A DNA stretch of 63,458 bases, the filler included, from Craspedostauros australis (taxonomy: Eukaryota): the NCBI GenBank assembly GCA_030167865.1. It is 16 parts of 16 records of this genome, joined end to end, with 100 filler letters (N's around TTAATTAATTAA, not from the genome) between each part and the next. Parts side by side here need not be neighbours in the genome. Positions count along the whole stretch, not along the records: positions 8,624 to 13,411 come from JALAGF010000880.1; positions 13,512 to 19,451 come from JALAGF010000881.1; positions 19,552 to 21,904 come from JALAGF010000882.1; positions 22,005 to 23,156 come from JALAGF010000884.1; positions 23,257 to 29,565 come from JALAGF010000886.1; 11 more parts are not named here. One strand, 5' to 3'. Position numbers and translations under genes: made by a program. The notes below the pieces were generated by a model. That model was not told the DNA's origin and did not search any database. It was given only the letters and a program-made list of their open reading frames with translations. Position 1 is the stretch's first letter, and each line of letters begins with the position of its first letter. This document shows positions 11,475 through 24,000 of this stretch, piece by piece.

Positions 11475-13511
11475 GGTTGCCTTTGTCTTCGTCGCCGTCG
11501 TGAGACTGTTTGGTTCTGCAAGGCGGGCGCATTTGTAGATGTGCATGTATGCGTACGTGCCGCAAGAATGGGTTGGTACGGATCACGTATGGGTTGAGAT
11601 TGGCAATGCGAGCACCATGTGTAAGTTTGGCAGCGAGTTTCATCCCACGAAGAACGGCAATGATTGTGAGTGTTGCAGTGATGTGTTCGTTTGTGTGTGC
11701 AGAATTGTTGGTGTGTGGAACGACGCGAGACGTGGTGACGAGCAACGGCAACGACAGAAATCAATGAAGATCAGCGATATCCATCAATCGACGCAACATC
11801 GTGAAGATTCGATCACGTCAAGATTGCACATACAGGAGGCATCAGTTGCACGCGCGAAGGGAAGGGGAGAGAAGGAGCCATGGTTATGGCAAAGAGCAGC
11901 ATGAGTTAATTCGGCTTGGACGAGGTGTGGGATTTGAACACTGGAATGTGAAGCAGCGCGCGTCTAGCATCGGCATGACACGAGGCATCCTGAACGAGAT
12001 TGTGGTCACCGACAAGGGCCGCAGCATCGCTGCATAACGATCTGCGAAGATTGACTGGGATGTAGATATGGTGCTCACACTCGCAGGTATCTTGCATCTC
12101 CAGAGTTGGTGCGTGCTGCCGTTTCATCAGTGCTGCATCATCTGCGACGCTGTCCGCGATTCGCGTGCGTCTTGACGTCGGTTTTGCAAATTACTGCATT
12201 CTCCGTTGTACAGGTATGAGTCTGTGCATGTGCGTTGTCGATTCTTCCTCTTGCATTAGCCAGGCTTCCATCCCCCTTTCTTCATGATGTGCACGTACCT
12301 TTCGAGGTGTTTTGCTTCGTTGCGGCCTCAAAGGGGCTTGTCGTCTCCTTCCAACGCCTGCTGGTTGTTAGTTGTTAGTTGTTAGTTGTTAGTTGATTGC
12401 TGATTGCTGGCGTTTCCAATCTGATGATTGAATTGTTTTGTGAGACTTTGGTGTCGATTTCGGAGACAACGAAGTGATTCCTGTGAATGTCGCGAGTGTG
12501 TTGTGTTCGATGCGCCATGAATGTGCGAGATGCAATGAGCCCGGTGGCGTGGAATGCGGCTGCAGCTACCGACACCACCACCAATGGCAGAGCATGTCGA
12601 CCGCACTGGTGCATCACACTGCATCACACTACATCACACGCACATGTCAACATGAGCGATGCTCGTCTCCACTCCTCGGACGGGGAGCTCTCCACACACG
12701 AGGTTGCAGCAATGTCTGGTGGTACCAACACAGTGCACGATTTGCCTCGGTGGTTGGTTGGCATTTGTTTGGAGGTTCGTCGTTTGTTGGGGGATTTTGG
12801 ACAGTGCCTGACGTTGCTGAACCTGCCGACGCCATGGTTGGCCCCCGGCCCTCAGCTCGGATCTCAGACCTGGAAGGTTGGTGCGAAAGCCGGCAGTGCG
12901 TTGTGGCGAATTGGCGCTGCAGGCTGGCGCAGCATGCACCCTCGCCCATACCTGTGATACAAAGAGGCGATCCTACCTGTCGATCCGCACAACGTATCCC
13001 TGAAGAATCCGTGAATAACCTGAATTTATTGGACAAGAACGAGAAGCGACAACGGGGATGAGTGATGGGCGATAGGGAACCATAGTCAATCGCCTTTCTT
13101 TTCCTGGGGAGAAGTTGCTTCACACTCCCATTTCGGTCTGGTCGTGTCTGAGTTTCTCCAGTATTATGGTCAACATTTTCTTTGTCTGAGTCAACATCCA
13201 TGTGACAAAAAGAACGCTCAGGGATGAATTGTGTTGGTATACGGTCGAAGGCCAGACGGAGCAGCAAATGAACCCCTGTTCACAGCCTCAGCAGAGACAA
13301 CAGAGACGAGTCATAATAACTTCACATCACACACACACACACTACTCGTATCGTCTCCCGATCATCACAGGTTATGAGGAAATACGCTTATACTATATAA
13401 GACAATCCCCANNNNNNNNNNNNNNNNNNNNNNNNNNNNNNNNNNNNNNNNNNNNTTAATTAATTAANNNNNNNNNNNNNNNNNNNNNNNNNNNNNNNNN
13501 NNNNNNNNNNN

Positions 13512-13921
13512 GGATCGTGGTCTTGGGTGAATAGGGATCGCCTCTGTTTCGCTTTCTCACATTAGGTTCTCAGGGACGCGTCGACTTGTTCAGATGTATT
13601 GGTTGTCGCGCTCATTCGATTCACTCATGGGCTGGTGTGTTGCCATCGTCATAGATCTCTCGGTTCCCGACCGTTATCGGGACATGACCGAGTAGGCCAC
13701 TGGATGAAGGTGCTTGGATGTCACATAAGACAGGTAAGGCCATTGGGCTGTCCGAGTGCAACTGATCGATTGCTGGGTTGCGGTTTGTCTGGGAGATGCT
13801 ATTGGGGTTGCGGCAATCATGGGTATCTTTGCACATAATACCATTCCGGTTCCAGTCAGTCCTCATGGGAGCTGCGGTAGAATAAGGTATCTTTGCAAAG
13901 TCGTACCCCCGATTCCTGACA
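13512..13921 (-). repeat. Candidate 3' LTR of the Copia element (distal end not determined)
   Basis: Begins with TG immediately after a purine tract about 90 nt downstream of the pol stop. Confidence 0.6.
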
Positions 13922-14015
13922 CCCTTCCATTGTCGCACCACCATACTCACTCACACACAAATCGTTTCTTGTCACACTCCCTTGTCTCGTTCTTGCACTC
14001 ATCCCTTCTGTCCCA

Positions 14016-17000
14016 TTAATCCATGGTTGATCTCAATTGAATGATGCTCCCTTTGTGTCTATCGTAGATCTCCTTTGTGTTCTTGGTGAAGCCGTCTGCG
14101 ATGTTGTCCTCTGAGCGCACAAATTGAATTCGTGCCTCTCCGTTGTCTGTCAGCTCACGAGTGAAGTGATGTCGTATGTCGATGTGTCTCGTTCGCGCTG
14201 ATGTCGACGGATTGGAGGCAATGAAGATAGCCCCCACATTGTCCACATACACGTCCACTGGTTTGGTCATCGTCGAGCCGATGTCCTCCATTAGCTGCGT
14301 AAGGAAGCGAATCTCTTTTCCTGCTTCTGACAGGGCGACGTATTCCGCCTCTGTAGAGCTGAGAGTTACCCTTCGTTGTGCCTTCGATCTCCATACGATG
14401 GGCACCCCTTGCAGTATGACAAGATGTCCCCCGACACTGATCCGGTTATCCTTGTCTCCCGCAAACTCGCTGTCTGCGTAGATTTCGATTTTCCATGCGT
14501 CGTTCTCCAGCGGGGTTGGTTGCATCCGTAGTCCGTAGTCCCTCGTGTCCGACACGAACTTCATTACTCGCAGCATCTCCTTGTATGCTGCAGCCGATGG
14601 TCCGTCTAACACTTTGGTAAGCTCGCGCACCGCATTCGCAATGTCTGGTCGCGAGTGCTTCGCCAAGTATAGCAGCATACCTACTCCGCTTCGGTATCTG
14701 CTGTGTCGGTCACTGTCCACTTTGGGTAGGTCGCTGTTCCTCTGAATGCCCTGTCCAGGTGTTCCTGGGGTTCCGTATCGTTGTAGAGTCAGGACGTCAT
14801 CCTTGAATGTGTCGATGATGTTCTTGATGATGTGTGGCTGGTTCACCCAGCAGTTCGACTGGTCGTTGTTGAAGATGATCTTACAGCTGAGGTAGTCTTC
14901 GAGGTCGTTCTCCACCTTGATTCCGAATTGCTCAGCTTTGATGTCGATCGTCAGTTGCTTCAGTTCCTCCTTCTCTCCGATGCATAGGCAGTCGTCAACG
15001 TAGGTACCTATCAGCAGCAGTCTCCCTTCCTGATTCCGAATCAGAAGGCATGGATCCACGTTGCTCTGTCGAAATCCCAGTTTGAGCAGGATGTCGACCA
15101 GCTTTTTGTTCCATTGTCTGGCGCTCTGCACTAATCCATAGATAGTCTTCTTGAGCAGCAAGCATTCGTCGGCCTCATGCCTCATGCCCTTCGGGCATTG
15201 CATGTAGATCTCTTCGTCGAGTTCTCCATGCAAGAATGGTGTCTCGAAGTCGATGATGATGCTATCCATGTGCAGCAGCATCTTCATAGTGAGCATGATG
15301 CGATAGGTTGCGTCATGAATCACTGGTGCGTGGTGTGCTGAGAAGTCCACTCCTGCGATCTGCGAGTAGCCGCAGGCGACGAGTCTAGCCCGGAAGACTC
15401 CGTTCCTCTTCTCCTTGAATACCCACTTGGTCTTCACGCATCGCCGATCCCTCGGCATTCGGTTCCTCTTGATCTTCTCCCATACTCCTCTTCTGGTCAT
15501 ATCATTGAACTCCTTGTTGATGGCCTCTCGCCACTTCTTTCTCTTCTCGGGATCTGCATGATCCCAGCATTCTGCGAAGGTGGTAGGGTCTAGCATCATT
15601 GCTACGCTTGCTTGCTCGGGTCTGAATCGATCGTTCGTTGCTTGGCTCGCAGCGATGAAGTCATCTAGCCTCATCTTTCCGTGAGTGGTGTCAATCATCA
15701 TGCCTGCGACGTCTCTATTGAACATCGACCCGTCTGTGTGGAAGCTGGGTTCCCCTGTTCCCGTTGTCTCGGCTTCTGTCTCTTGAGCAGTCTCTTGCCT
15801 CTCATCGTCGGACTCGGAAGCCTCGCTAGATCCGTAGTCTCTGTCCTCTTTAGGAACGGGTGAGTTGTTATACCCTGCGAGATCTCTGACCATCTTCGGT
15901 ACGTACGCAACAGGTGTTGCGACTGGAGTTGAGGGCGGTTCTTCTGCTACCGTTCCTTCTTCACTCCTTTCGTCGTCGTCCCTTCCGGATTCATCGCCGT
16001 CGTCATCGTGCAATTCCTTATTCTCTTAGACGGGTAGCAGGTCATCCTGTTCTGGCATTGCGTCTTCTGTATCTTGTTGTTCTCCGGCTCTGCTGCGCTG
16101 GTCATCGTCATCGGTCTCTATATCGCTCATAGTATCTGATTGACGAAGCCAAGTCACTCCTCTCTCTGGAGATGATTCTCTTGATGAGGAGTCGTCGTCT
16201 GTGTTCATCACTCTGGATCTGTTGGCACCTTTGATACCCTTGAACTCTCCATACGACTTATTCAACCATGTCACGTCTCGAGTCATAAGGATTCTCGAGG
16301 TGGCAAGGTTCATCATGCGGTACACTCCTTTCGCGTGCGACTGTCCGTATCCCACGAACATGGCAGGTTTGGAGCGATCGTCTAGCTTCGCCTTGATAGC
16401 CTGCCCACCGATGTGTACCATCCCCATTTCACCGAACACACGCAGGTCGTTTGCATACTTCGGGATTTTTCCGTTTAAGAGTACACACGCTGGCTCCCTT
16501 GACTTCGTGCCAATGATGTTCTCCAGCTGTGTCGCTGTGTGAGCAGCCTCTGCCCACAGCTTGCCTCGTGTTGGTCTTGGTAGGTGGGTTTGGTTCAGCA
16601 TGGCGCGTACTTTGCCGTAGAGTGTCGCGAATTTCCTTTCGACGCGACCATTCTGTTGCGGGGTTGATGCGGCAGTGTACTCGAAGGTTGGGGCGAATCC
16701 CTTGTTAAGTAAGAGTTTCTCTGTGGAACGATTCTCTCCTGCATTGTCACATCTGACATTTTGAACCGTTACTCGCTGATTCGCTTGGAGACATTGGAAC
16801 AACAAGAGCATCTTCGACCCCACGTCGCTTTTCTCTGTGACGAAGTAACTCCAGCAGTAGTCGCTGTAATCATCGATCACAAGAAGCCAGTATTTGCCCC
16901 TTCCCAGGCTGTGCGTCTGAACGCTTGATGTGTCCATGAACAGTCGATCCCCGACTCATTTCGCTCGTTGTTGAGTCGCTTTCGACATCGGTCTCTGTCG

Positions 17001-19451
17001 CGATTTCCCAATCGCGCAGTCAACACACACATTCAGTTTTCCTGTCACGTTCCAGCCGTACCTCCCTGCTGTTCGAGAGATGGTGTACGTGTCAACATGG
17101 CCTAACATTTTATGAATTGTGTTGATGTCGACTGGTGCGTCGGTTGACACACCAACATGAGCTTGGTCGTCGGCCTTGGCGTTGTTCACCATGGTCACTC
17201 CGCAAACGAAGCCGCTATGAGTTGCCATGATGCGGTCGAAGCTGATGCGGACATTGCCTTTCTTCAGGCTGATCACGATGCCACGGTTGCTAATATCGAA
17301 ACCATTCTTGAGAGCTTTGTTAATGCTCAGTAGGTTCACCCACAGCTTCGGCACGTACTTCACTGACTTGAGCACAACGATGGATGTCTTTCCATTCTTC
17401 TGCATGACGGTCATGCGCTTGTCCCCCACCTTGGTTGCCTTGAGGAAGCGTCCGCTTCCGATCTTCACCGATTGGTCGGAGACTTGGACGTTGGTCATCC
17501 CCTTGTCACAGTTGGTGAGATGGCACGATGCGCCTGAATCGCCCAGCCAGGTGTTGCTTTCGTAGTGGTCTGGTGCGATGGCGGATCTCTTCGCGTCGAC
17601 GTCGTTCACGTTCCCGATCACCAGAGCCACCTCGTGGCGCTCGTCGTGTTCCATGTAGAGTGGCAACACCGAGAGTTCTGGCTTCGAGTCTCGGACCCCT
17701 TTGTCGCTATCGTGATGCATCCAGAGGATGGAATGCGTAGCGTGGAGGGTCATGTGCGAGATCAGGTCGCGGGGGAACGGGTTCAAGTGGTGAAACTCCA
17801 GGCTGTTGTTGATGTTGCATGGATTGCGACAGACGCTGATCACGTTGAACATCCCGATCTCGTGGAGTTGGAAGTACACCGATCGCGCTTCGACTTGTGG
17901 AGGGTATGCGCCCGTGTAGGTTGCAACTGCGTCATGGCACAACAAGGCGAGTTCAGATCGCACGTCGTTGGCCGTAAGCACGTTGCTCAACGATGCTCGG
18001 ACAGCACAGCGGAGAGACCCAGCTCTTGCGAGAAAGGCGCGTCGCTCCGCACGTTCTGCGTCGTTGGCCGGTATATCACCGCGTGGCTCGTTCGCGAGCT
18101 GGATGAAAAAGGGGACTTCGGCGCATTCCACACACCATGCGTATAGCGGACCATGCTTGAGGCACAATGGGCACCAAGCCGTGTTGGTGAGGAGTCGTGA
18201 AGACTCTTCGATCCTGCCGTCTACATAGGAGCGCTCGGGGGCAAAGTTGTAGACGGGGAGGCGGGCTGCGCCGCGTTGGTTGCCTTCGCCCATGTCATCA
18301 TCGGCGTCCTCGGTGTCAGTGGCCCCTTCGTTGGTGAGGCTTGCATCGTAGTAGGACTCTTGTCCTGGGTTGGAGTTGCTCATCTTGTTGTTGACGTTGT
18401 GTGGTCTCAGGGAAACAATGGGAGATGTGTCAGTCTGTTCGACGATGGCTGCAAAGGCGACGTCCTCCATTACGTTGGAGTCGGATTGATTGTTGCTTCC
18501 GGTGTCGCGTGTTTTTCCCTCGTCTGTGTTCACAGATAAGTTGGTCACATTTTCCAATTCGTTCGTGTTTCCTGAGGTGGGCACACAAATTAACTCGTCT
18601 GTCATCACAAGAGCCACGTCGTTATTTCCCTCCATCCCATCAGTCGCCACATTGGCCGAGTCTGCCTCTTTCATGGCTGCCTTCAGCTTGAAGCACTGTA
18701 GGATCTTGTGTCCCCTCTTACCGCAGTACTTACACTCCCCATTGAACTTGGGCTTGCTGTTGTTGTCTCCTTGGCCATTCTTTTTGTTCTTACCGTTGCC
18801 TTTCTTGGGGGCAGAGCGGCAGTCTACCTTCTTGTGGCCGTAGGCGCCACAGTTACGGCAGTGGCCTTTGAAGCCTCCTACTGCAGCGAATGCAGTCTCT
18901 ATCTTGTTACTGTTGCTCTCACGTCTGTTGCCGCCGAGCTTGAGGTGTCGGCCGTTGTAGGTGGCGCTGACAGCCTCGCGGATGTCTTCGAGGGTCATGG
19001 TATCTTCCATACCGTCGAACTTGAGCTCCAAGAGCTTGACGTCCGTCTCGTATTCCCTTCCGAGGACGTTGAGTACGAGCATGTGGTACTGTTGCATATC
19101 TATCTTGATACCAGTACTACCGAGGCGATTACGCAGCACTTCCATCTCGGTTAGGAACGTGTCTGGGTGCTCGCCTTTCTTCAACCGCATCCCGTTGAGT
19201 TGAGCCAACAACTTTGCCTTGACAGGCGCAGTNNNNNNNNNNNNNNNNNNNNNNNNNNNNNNNNNNNNNNNNNNNNNNNNNNNNNNNNNNNNNNNNNNNC
19301 CCTTGGTTCCCACCACAGCCATGAAGGCGACATCGCCTTCCGTAGTTTCATGGTTGATCGCCATGGTCAGTTCTTCAAACGCGCACTTGGCCAGCCCATT
19401 CTTGTATACCTCCTTCTCCTCAGCAGTCATCGAGGCTATCTTCTTCGCGAT
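14016..19451 (-). pseudogene. Copia gag-pol polyprotein with two in-frame stops (TGA 16956-16958, TAA 16026-16028)
   Basis: The three ORFs share one frame. Zinc knuckles CRNCGAYGHKKVDC and CKYCGKRGHKILQC; protease WLGDSGASCH; integrase HHCC, RCDNAGEN and PQQNGRVER; RT RARLVACGYSQ, YGLVQSARQW and YVDD; RNase H YADS, SSTEAEY and RHIDIRHHF. Confidence 0.95.
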
Positions 19452-20080
19452 NNNNNNNNNNNNNNNNNNNNNNNNNNNNNNNNNNNNNNNNNNNNTTAAT
19501 TAATTAANNNNNNNNNNNNNNNNNNNNNNNNNNNNNNNNNNNNNNNNNNNNTCCACAAGTAGTCAATTTAGAATACTGGTAGATGGTGAAGAAACGTGCG
19601 GATTATGAGATTAGTGCTATGGTTCTTCTCTTCGATGGGAATCTCCTGTGGTGTCCTGGTTGACAGTGCATATGGGTTGTGTAGCCCGAGTACCGTGGGT
19701 CGAGATCCGTCGTCTGGGTTCTGTGAGAGACAATGGGCGATGATGATCGTTGTTGTGGCTTTGGTTCCGTGCGTCGGTGTTTTGGCGATAGCGGGTGTCA
19801 GAAGCTTGGTTATCGGAACCCCATTGGTTCCTTGACACGAATTCCGAAGATCCGCTTCAAGGTTCTGGATCTGTCTCCAAACGTGGGGTTCGGCGAAGTG
19901 TCCGTTCGATCTACTGGAATACTGACGAGTCGGATGATTCGTAGTCTCTCTCGCTAAGGTGGTTACTAGTTTAGCTCTATTACTCCCCTTCATCTCACGT
20001 TGAAACGTGAGTTGACTGAAAGCAAGAAAGCTAATCGTAGTGTGGTTTGTTCCGCCGCCCAAGATGGCGGCGAACGGGCT

Positions 20081-21835
20081 TCATTCGGACTGTTCGTTGT
20101 TGTCGTAGTAGCCGCGGCGTTGGCGGCGGTTGGAGAGCATGGCTTCCAATACCTTGTTCAACGAGGAGGTGATGCTGACCTGCTGAACTTGGTTGATATG
20201 GTCAAGCCCTCCGCAGAAGAGGATATCGGCGAGGGTTTGGATGACCATAGGGGTTCTTTCGTCGTTTTGGAGGACGGCCTTGATCTGAGCTGTGGGGTCG
20301 GGAGGCATCTGGAAGATGGATGGTTGCATCATCGATGGTCCATGGTGGCTGGACATGATGTACCCAGATCGAAGACGTCGTGGCGATGGGTATGCGATCG
20401 CCGGACGGGGTTCCGTCCGGGCCCTCTTGTTAGCGTTGCTGGTCTCCGGAGTGTTGGGTGTCGATGGCAAGGGATGGTTCAAGACGGGGAAACTGCGGGT
20501 GTTGGCGTTTGCATCCTCATTGTGGTTCGCAGGTGCCGGGTACGCGGTTGCTACCGGTACGTCATCATCGGTTGGCCCCTCCGGTGGTGTAGGGACCTCT
20601 GGTTGCTCGTCCTGGGTTGTGGGAGGCATCGGCTCTGCTGCATCGGGGAAATTCTCCGCGGTCGTGATGGAAGTTCCTTTCGCGTTGATGGTCCCACTCG
20701 TGGTTTTCTTGGCGGACCTGGCTTGTTTGATCATCTTGATTCCCGACGTTCCCGAGGAAATGGTGGAGTCCTCGGATTCGTCGAAGAGCCCCTTTCTTTT
20801 GGGACGGTTGTTTTGCTTGCTGCTGGCTCCGGAGCCGGGTCGTCGCGACGCTTGGTTTCGTTTGGTCGACTTGCCTTCTGGTCGGTAGATGGACTCAGAA
20901 TCGTCGCTGTCGCCGGACTCCGGGACGGATGCGCTGTCCACGGAATGGTCGGCTGGGATCATGGGCTTTGGGCGTACCTTGTCGGTATACCCTTGTCCAT
21001 CTCGCGTGGCTGTCAAGATTTTGGACGCCGGTGATGGTCGTGAGGATCGCCTGACGGGAGGTCTGGGGTGGCTGATTACCGCTCCACTTGCGATCTCTGC
21101 TTCCACGTCGATCACGCTTCCTGGGTCCTGCGATTCTTGGTCACCGTCGCGGCACACCTCTGATTCAGATTCCAGATGGCTGGCTTCTTCTGCGGACATC
21201 TTCTCGTCGAAGTATCCGTCAGGGATCTCGTCCAGGAACCTTCCTTCTGGTGTCTCTCCCTCTTCGAGACTGGGACGGTTGTCTTCGAGGGATGGTATTC
21301 CATTGACCANNNNNNNNNNNNNNNNNNNNNNNNNNNNNNNNNNNNNNNNNNNNNNNNNNNNNNNNNNNNNNNNNNNNNNNNNNNNNNNNNNNNNNNNNNN
21401 NNNNNNNNNNGCCTTCCTTGCGCGTGCGAGGATGATCGGGATCCGGTTCTTCCTCACTTTGAAAAAGTGGCATATGGATGGCTTCCGCATGGTTGCGCGG
21501 TATTCGTCGGGTGGCTCGCCCCATGCGCCGTCCTGGGCGGAGTAGAAGCACTGACCATCGGCTATGGCGATGCTGAGGACCTCGGTGGTTTGGAGGTCGT
21601 TATCCAGGTATTCGGATAGGGTGAGAGGGTAGATGGATTGTTTCTCCACGTGGGAAACACGGCCGGCTGGTGTTTTATCGTTTCCCTTCGTGCAGAAGAT
21701 TCGGACTCTGCGACCACTGTATCCGACGACGATTCCTTGGAAGGGTCCCTTCTTTCCTGCGGGATATAGCACCCTGGATCCGGGGACGGGGCATTGAATG
21801 TCATCGTAGAACGGGGTGTGCTTTGGGAATGTCAT
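20081..21835 (-). CDS. Unknown protein: small beta-rich N-terminal domain plus long disordered tail; possibly an extra ORF of an LTR element
   Basis: 584-codon open frame spanning an N gap, followed about 90 nt later by the PPT-like GAAGGGGAG and a noncoding LTR-like segment. Confidence 0.5.
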   Translation of the reverse strand: MTFPKHTPFYDDIQCPVPGSRVLYPAGKKGPFQGIVVGYSGRRVRIFCTKGNDKTPAGRVSHVEKQSIYPLTLSEYLDNDLQTTEVLSIAIADGQCFYSAQDGAWGEPPDEYRATMRKPSICHFFKVRKNRIPIILARARKXXXXXXXXXXXXXXXXXXXXXXXXXXXXXXXXXXXVNGIPSLEDNRPSLEEGETPEGRFLDEIPDGYFDEKMSAEEASHLESESEVCRDGDQESQDPGSVIDVEAEIASGAVISHPRPPVRRSSRPSPASKILTATRDGQGYTDKVRPKPMIPADHSVDSASVPESGDSDDSESIYRPEGKSTKRNQASRRPGSGASSKQNNRPKRKGLFDESEDSTISSGTSGIKMIKQARSAKKTTSGTINAKGTSITTAENFPDAAEPMPPTTQDEQPEVPTPPEGPTDDDVPVATAYPAPANHNEDANANTRSFPVLNHPLPSTPNTPETSNANKRARTEPRPAIAYPSPRRLRSGYIMSSHHGPSMMQPSIFQMPPDPTAQIKAVLQNDERTPMVIQTLADILFCGGLDHINQVQQVSITSSLNKVLEAMLSNRRQRRGYYDNNEQSE

Positions 21836-22196
21836 CTTGCGTGTCCTCGTCCGGAATGGGGAGAGGTTGTGTCCGGGGTCCTGGTTGTGGCGGCTCCGTT
21901 TTTGNNNNNNNNNNNNNNNNNNNNNNNNNNNNNNNNNNNNNNNNNNNNTTAATTAATTAANNNNNNNNNNNNNNNNNNNNNNNNNNNNNNNNNNNNNNNN
22001 NNNNGATGCATGTCAAAAATAAATGTCCTCAGGAGGACAGATAGCACTAAATGTCCTCCTGAGGACCGAAACTTTCCTTACGGATATAGTGAGGTGTGCT
22101 TTTATACTCCAGTCCTCCACAGTGTGCTGTACTATGAATCATACCGTCCCCCATGTACTACACGTGCTGTACGATCGATTACCTGAGCACGCCTCT

Positions 22197-23156
22197 TCAC
22201 ACGACACGGCCAACCTCCAAATCAAACTCCTCCGTGCCTGTGCTCTGCACCATGATGTAATACGTCACCGTCGCTGCGGAGTTCCAAACCACACGGTGAT
22301 GAGATCCGCACGAGTCCCTCTCATCAGACACCAAGTCGATGCATTGCAACACGTCGCAATCAAACGCATTCTCATCCACAAACAGTGGACCATCATCCGC
22401 CAGTTGCCGAGACATACGAGTATGGCCACTTCCACCACTCATTGAATCTTGGTGGAGCGGATCGTCACCGTACGAATGGGTATCACCCTCCAACAGCCTA
22501 CCATTCGATGTGTAATGATCAAAGTCGATCTCACTCACAGACACACGAGTTCGTGCTCGACCGTTCGTATTGCAGGTGGTGGCATACATCTGACCACCTG
22601 TGCCTTCCACCTTGTACCACATTCCACTTGTCATCTGAAATTCGTCGTCCGACCCGCACTGTTTGTACTCAAGAGCACCTTGTGTTGTGTCGGTCGTGCT
22701 CCATGCAGATGCCTGCGCCGTCAACCTCACCACTTTCGCTCGACTGCACACATCGTTGCTGGGAGAGATGCGAAAGTCCACCACACCATAGTCCTCATTC
22801 ACATCACGACCTGACACACGGATGAAGTACAGGACGTCCTCCTTCGCTGTCCAGCGGATGGATCTTCCTCTGCCCTGTGCGATCTTGTTGAAGTCACGAT
22901 CCTCGCTCAAGAACACATCGCTGCAGTTCATCTCCATTCCACGTGGTGTAGTTGTATCGTCGTTGTCATAGTCATTGCCATCGTTGGTGGTTGCAGAAGT
23001 AGCCACACATGACAACGATGTGCATTCATCACCACGGTACATCGTCATCTGTGTGTTGAACTGTGTGTAGATGGAGCATGTGGATGCGATGAGGTCCATC
23101 CCGTTGCCAATGAAGGAGAACCACACATCACGTCCATCCGCTCCATCCATGTTGTC
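22197..23156 (-). CDS. Partial secreted-type protein with repeated ND-x-C-xx-A / WY...GTG...TC / LxC(V/I) beta-sandwich domains
   Basis: Two homologous units (DVWFSFIGNG..ASTC..YRGDECTSLSCV..YFIRVSG and GMWYKVEGTGG..ATTC..CDVLQCI..YYIMVQS); 5' end cut by the contig edge. Confidence 0.75.
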   Translation of the reverse strand, partial: DNMDGADGRDVWFSFIGNGMDLIASTCSIYTQFNTQMTMYRGDECTSLSCVATSATTNDGNDYDNDDTTTPRGMEMNCSDVFLSEDRDFNKIAQGRGRSIRWTAKEDVLYFIRVSGRDVNEDYGVVDFRISPSNDVCSRAKVVRLTAQASAWSTTDTTQGALEYKQCGSDDEFQMTSGMWYKVEGTGGQMYATTCNTNGRARTRVSVSEIDFDHYTSNGRLLEGDTHSYGDDPLHQDSMSGGSGHTRMSRQLADDGPLFVDENAFDCDVLQCIDLVSDERDSCGSHHRVVWNSAATVTYYIMVQSTGTEEFDLEVGRVV

Positions 23157-23256
23157 NNNNNNNNNNNNNNNNNNNNNNNNNNNNNNNNNNNNNNNNNNNN
23201 TTAATTAATTAANNNNNNNNNNNNNNNNNNNNNNNNNNNNNNNNNNNNNNNNNNNN

Positions 23257-24000
23257 CATTGTTATTCACAGCGGCGGTCGCGGCGATGTTCGCCAAAACC
23301 AAGGAGCTGGTTGCGAACTTCATTGTGAGATATGGGTGATTGTTGGTTGATTGTGCTCGGAATATGATGCTTGGGTCTAGTGTCTTTTGGCTTGATGGAA
23401 TGCCGCGAGTGAGGTTCGTACACTGTGGATACAAGAGGGACTGTCGGCATGGGTAAGCACACGAGACAGCGAGAGAGAGAGAGAGAAAAGGAGTACGATG
23501 GGCGTGGGATCGGATGAGTTGGAATGGCTGTGGCTTGGTCTCGTCACGCACGTTGGTGGTAGTCATGGACTTGCACGGATGGAGGTACAGATAGTGACGA
23601 GCGACGGCAGGATCATTGGGAGCATCTGGCAGCGACGCGGCTGCGATGCGAAGAGATCTTCGTCTCTCTCGCCGCCACTGTCGGTGGAACCGCCGCCATC
23701 CTTATCACATTGCGTACTCTGTACGTCTTACTCATCGCACTCCCACCATGCTCGTGGAGACTGTCACTGTCGGCATCATTGCCACACAACCATCCGCTTG
23801 AAATCTTACCGTGGAGTGTTGAACAGCTTGTTGTGATTTGGCTGCTTGGTTTGATTGTGGGAGGATCAAGTGTTGCGCAACGATGCGGATAACCTGTGGT
23901 GGTTTCTTCTCTCACACTTTTGCTTTGGGCTGTTGCGAGATGTCGGAATGCGTTGTGTGTCCTTTCCAGGTTGTGTCCTGTGTCGGAGCGATGATGGGCT
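23257..24000 (-). repeat. Copy of the promoter, 5' UTR and first 22 codons of the PTSA-repeat gene
   Basis: 23257-23782 is identical to 29666-30191 and 37059-37584 (identical ORF translations); diverged homology to 36800-37035 extends further. Confidence 0.95.

Larger units (their letters stand above)
13512..19451 (-). mobile_element. Ty1/Copia (CoDi-like) LTR retrotransposon, 5' end missing at contig edge
   Basis: Domain order gag-PR-IN-RT-RH; PPT-like GGAAGGG followed by TGTCAGG at 13921, the 3' LTR start. Confidence 0.95.

Noticed and set aside
11500..13411. Several 100-200 aa ORFs upstream of the Cys-rich gene
   Set aside because: No recognisable motifs, overlapping on both strands; not supportable as genes.
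16956..16958. Programmed gag-pol readthrough
   Set aside because: The stop lies inside integrase rather than at the gag/pol boundary and is explained by CGA to TGA.
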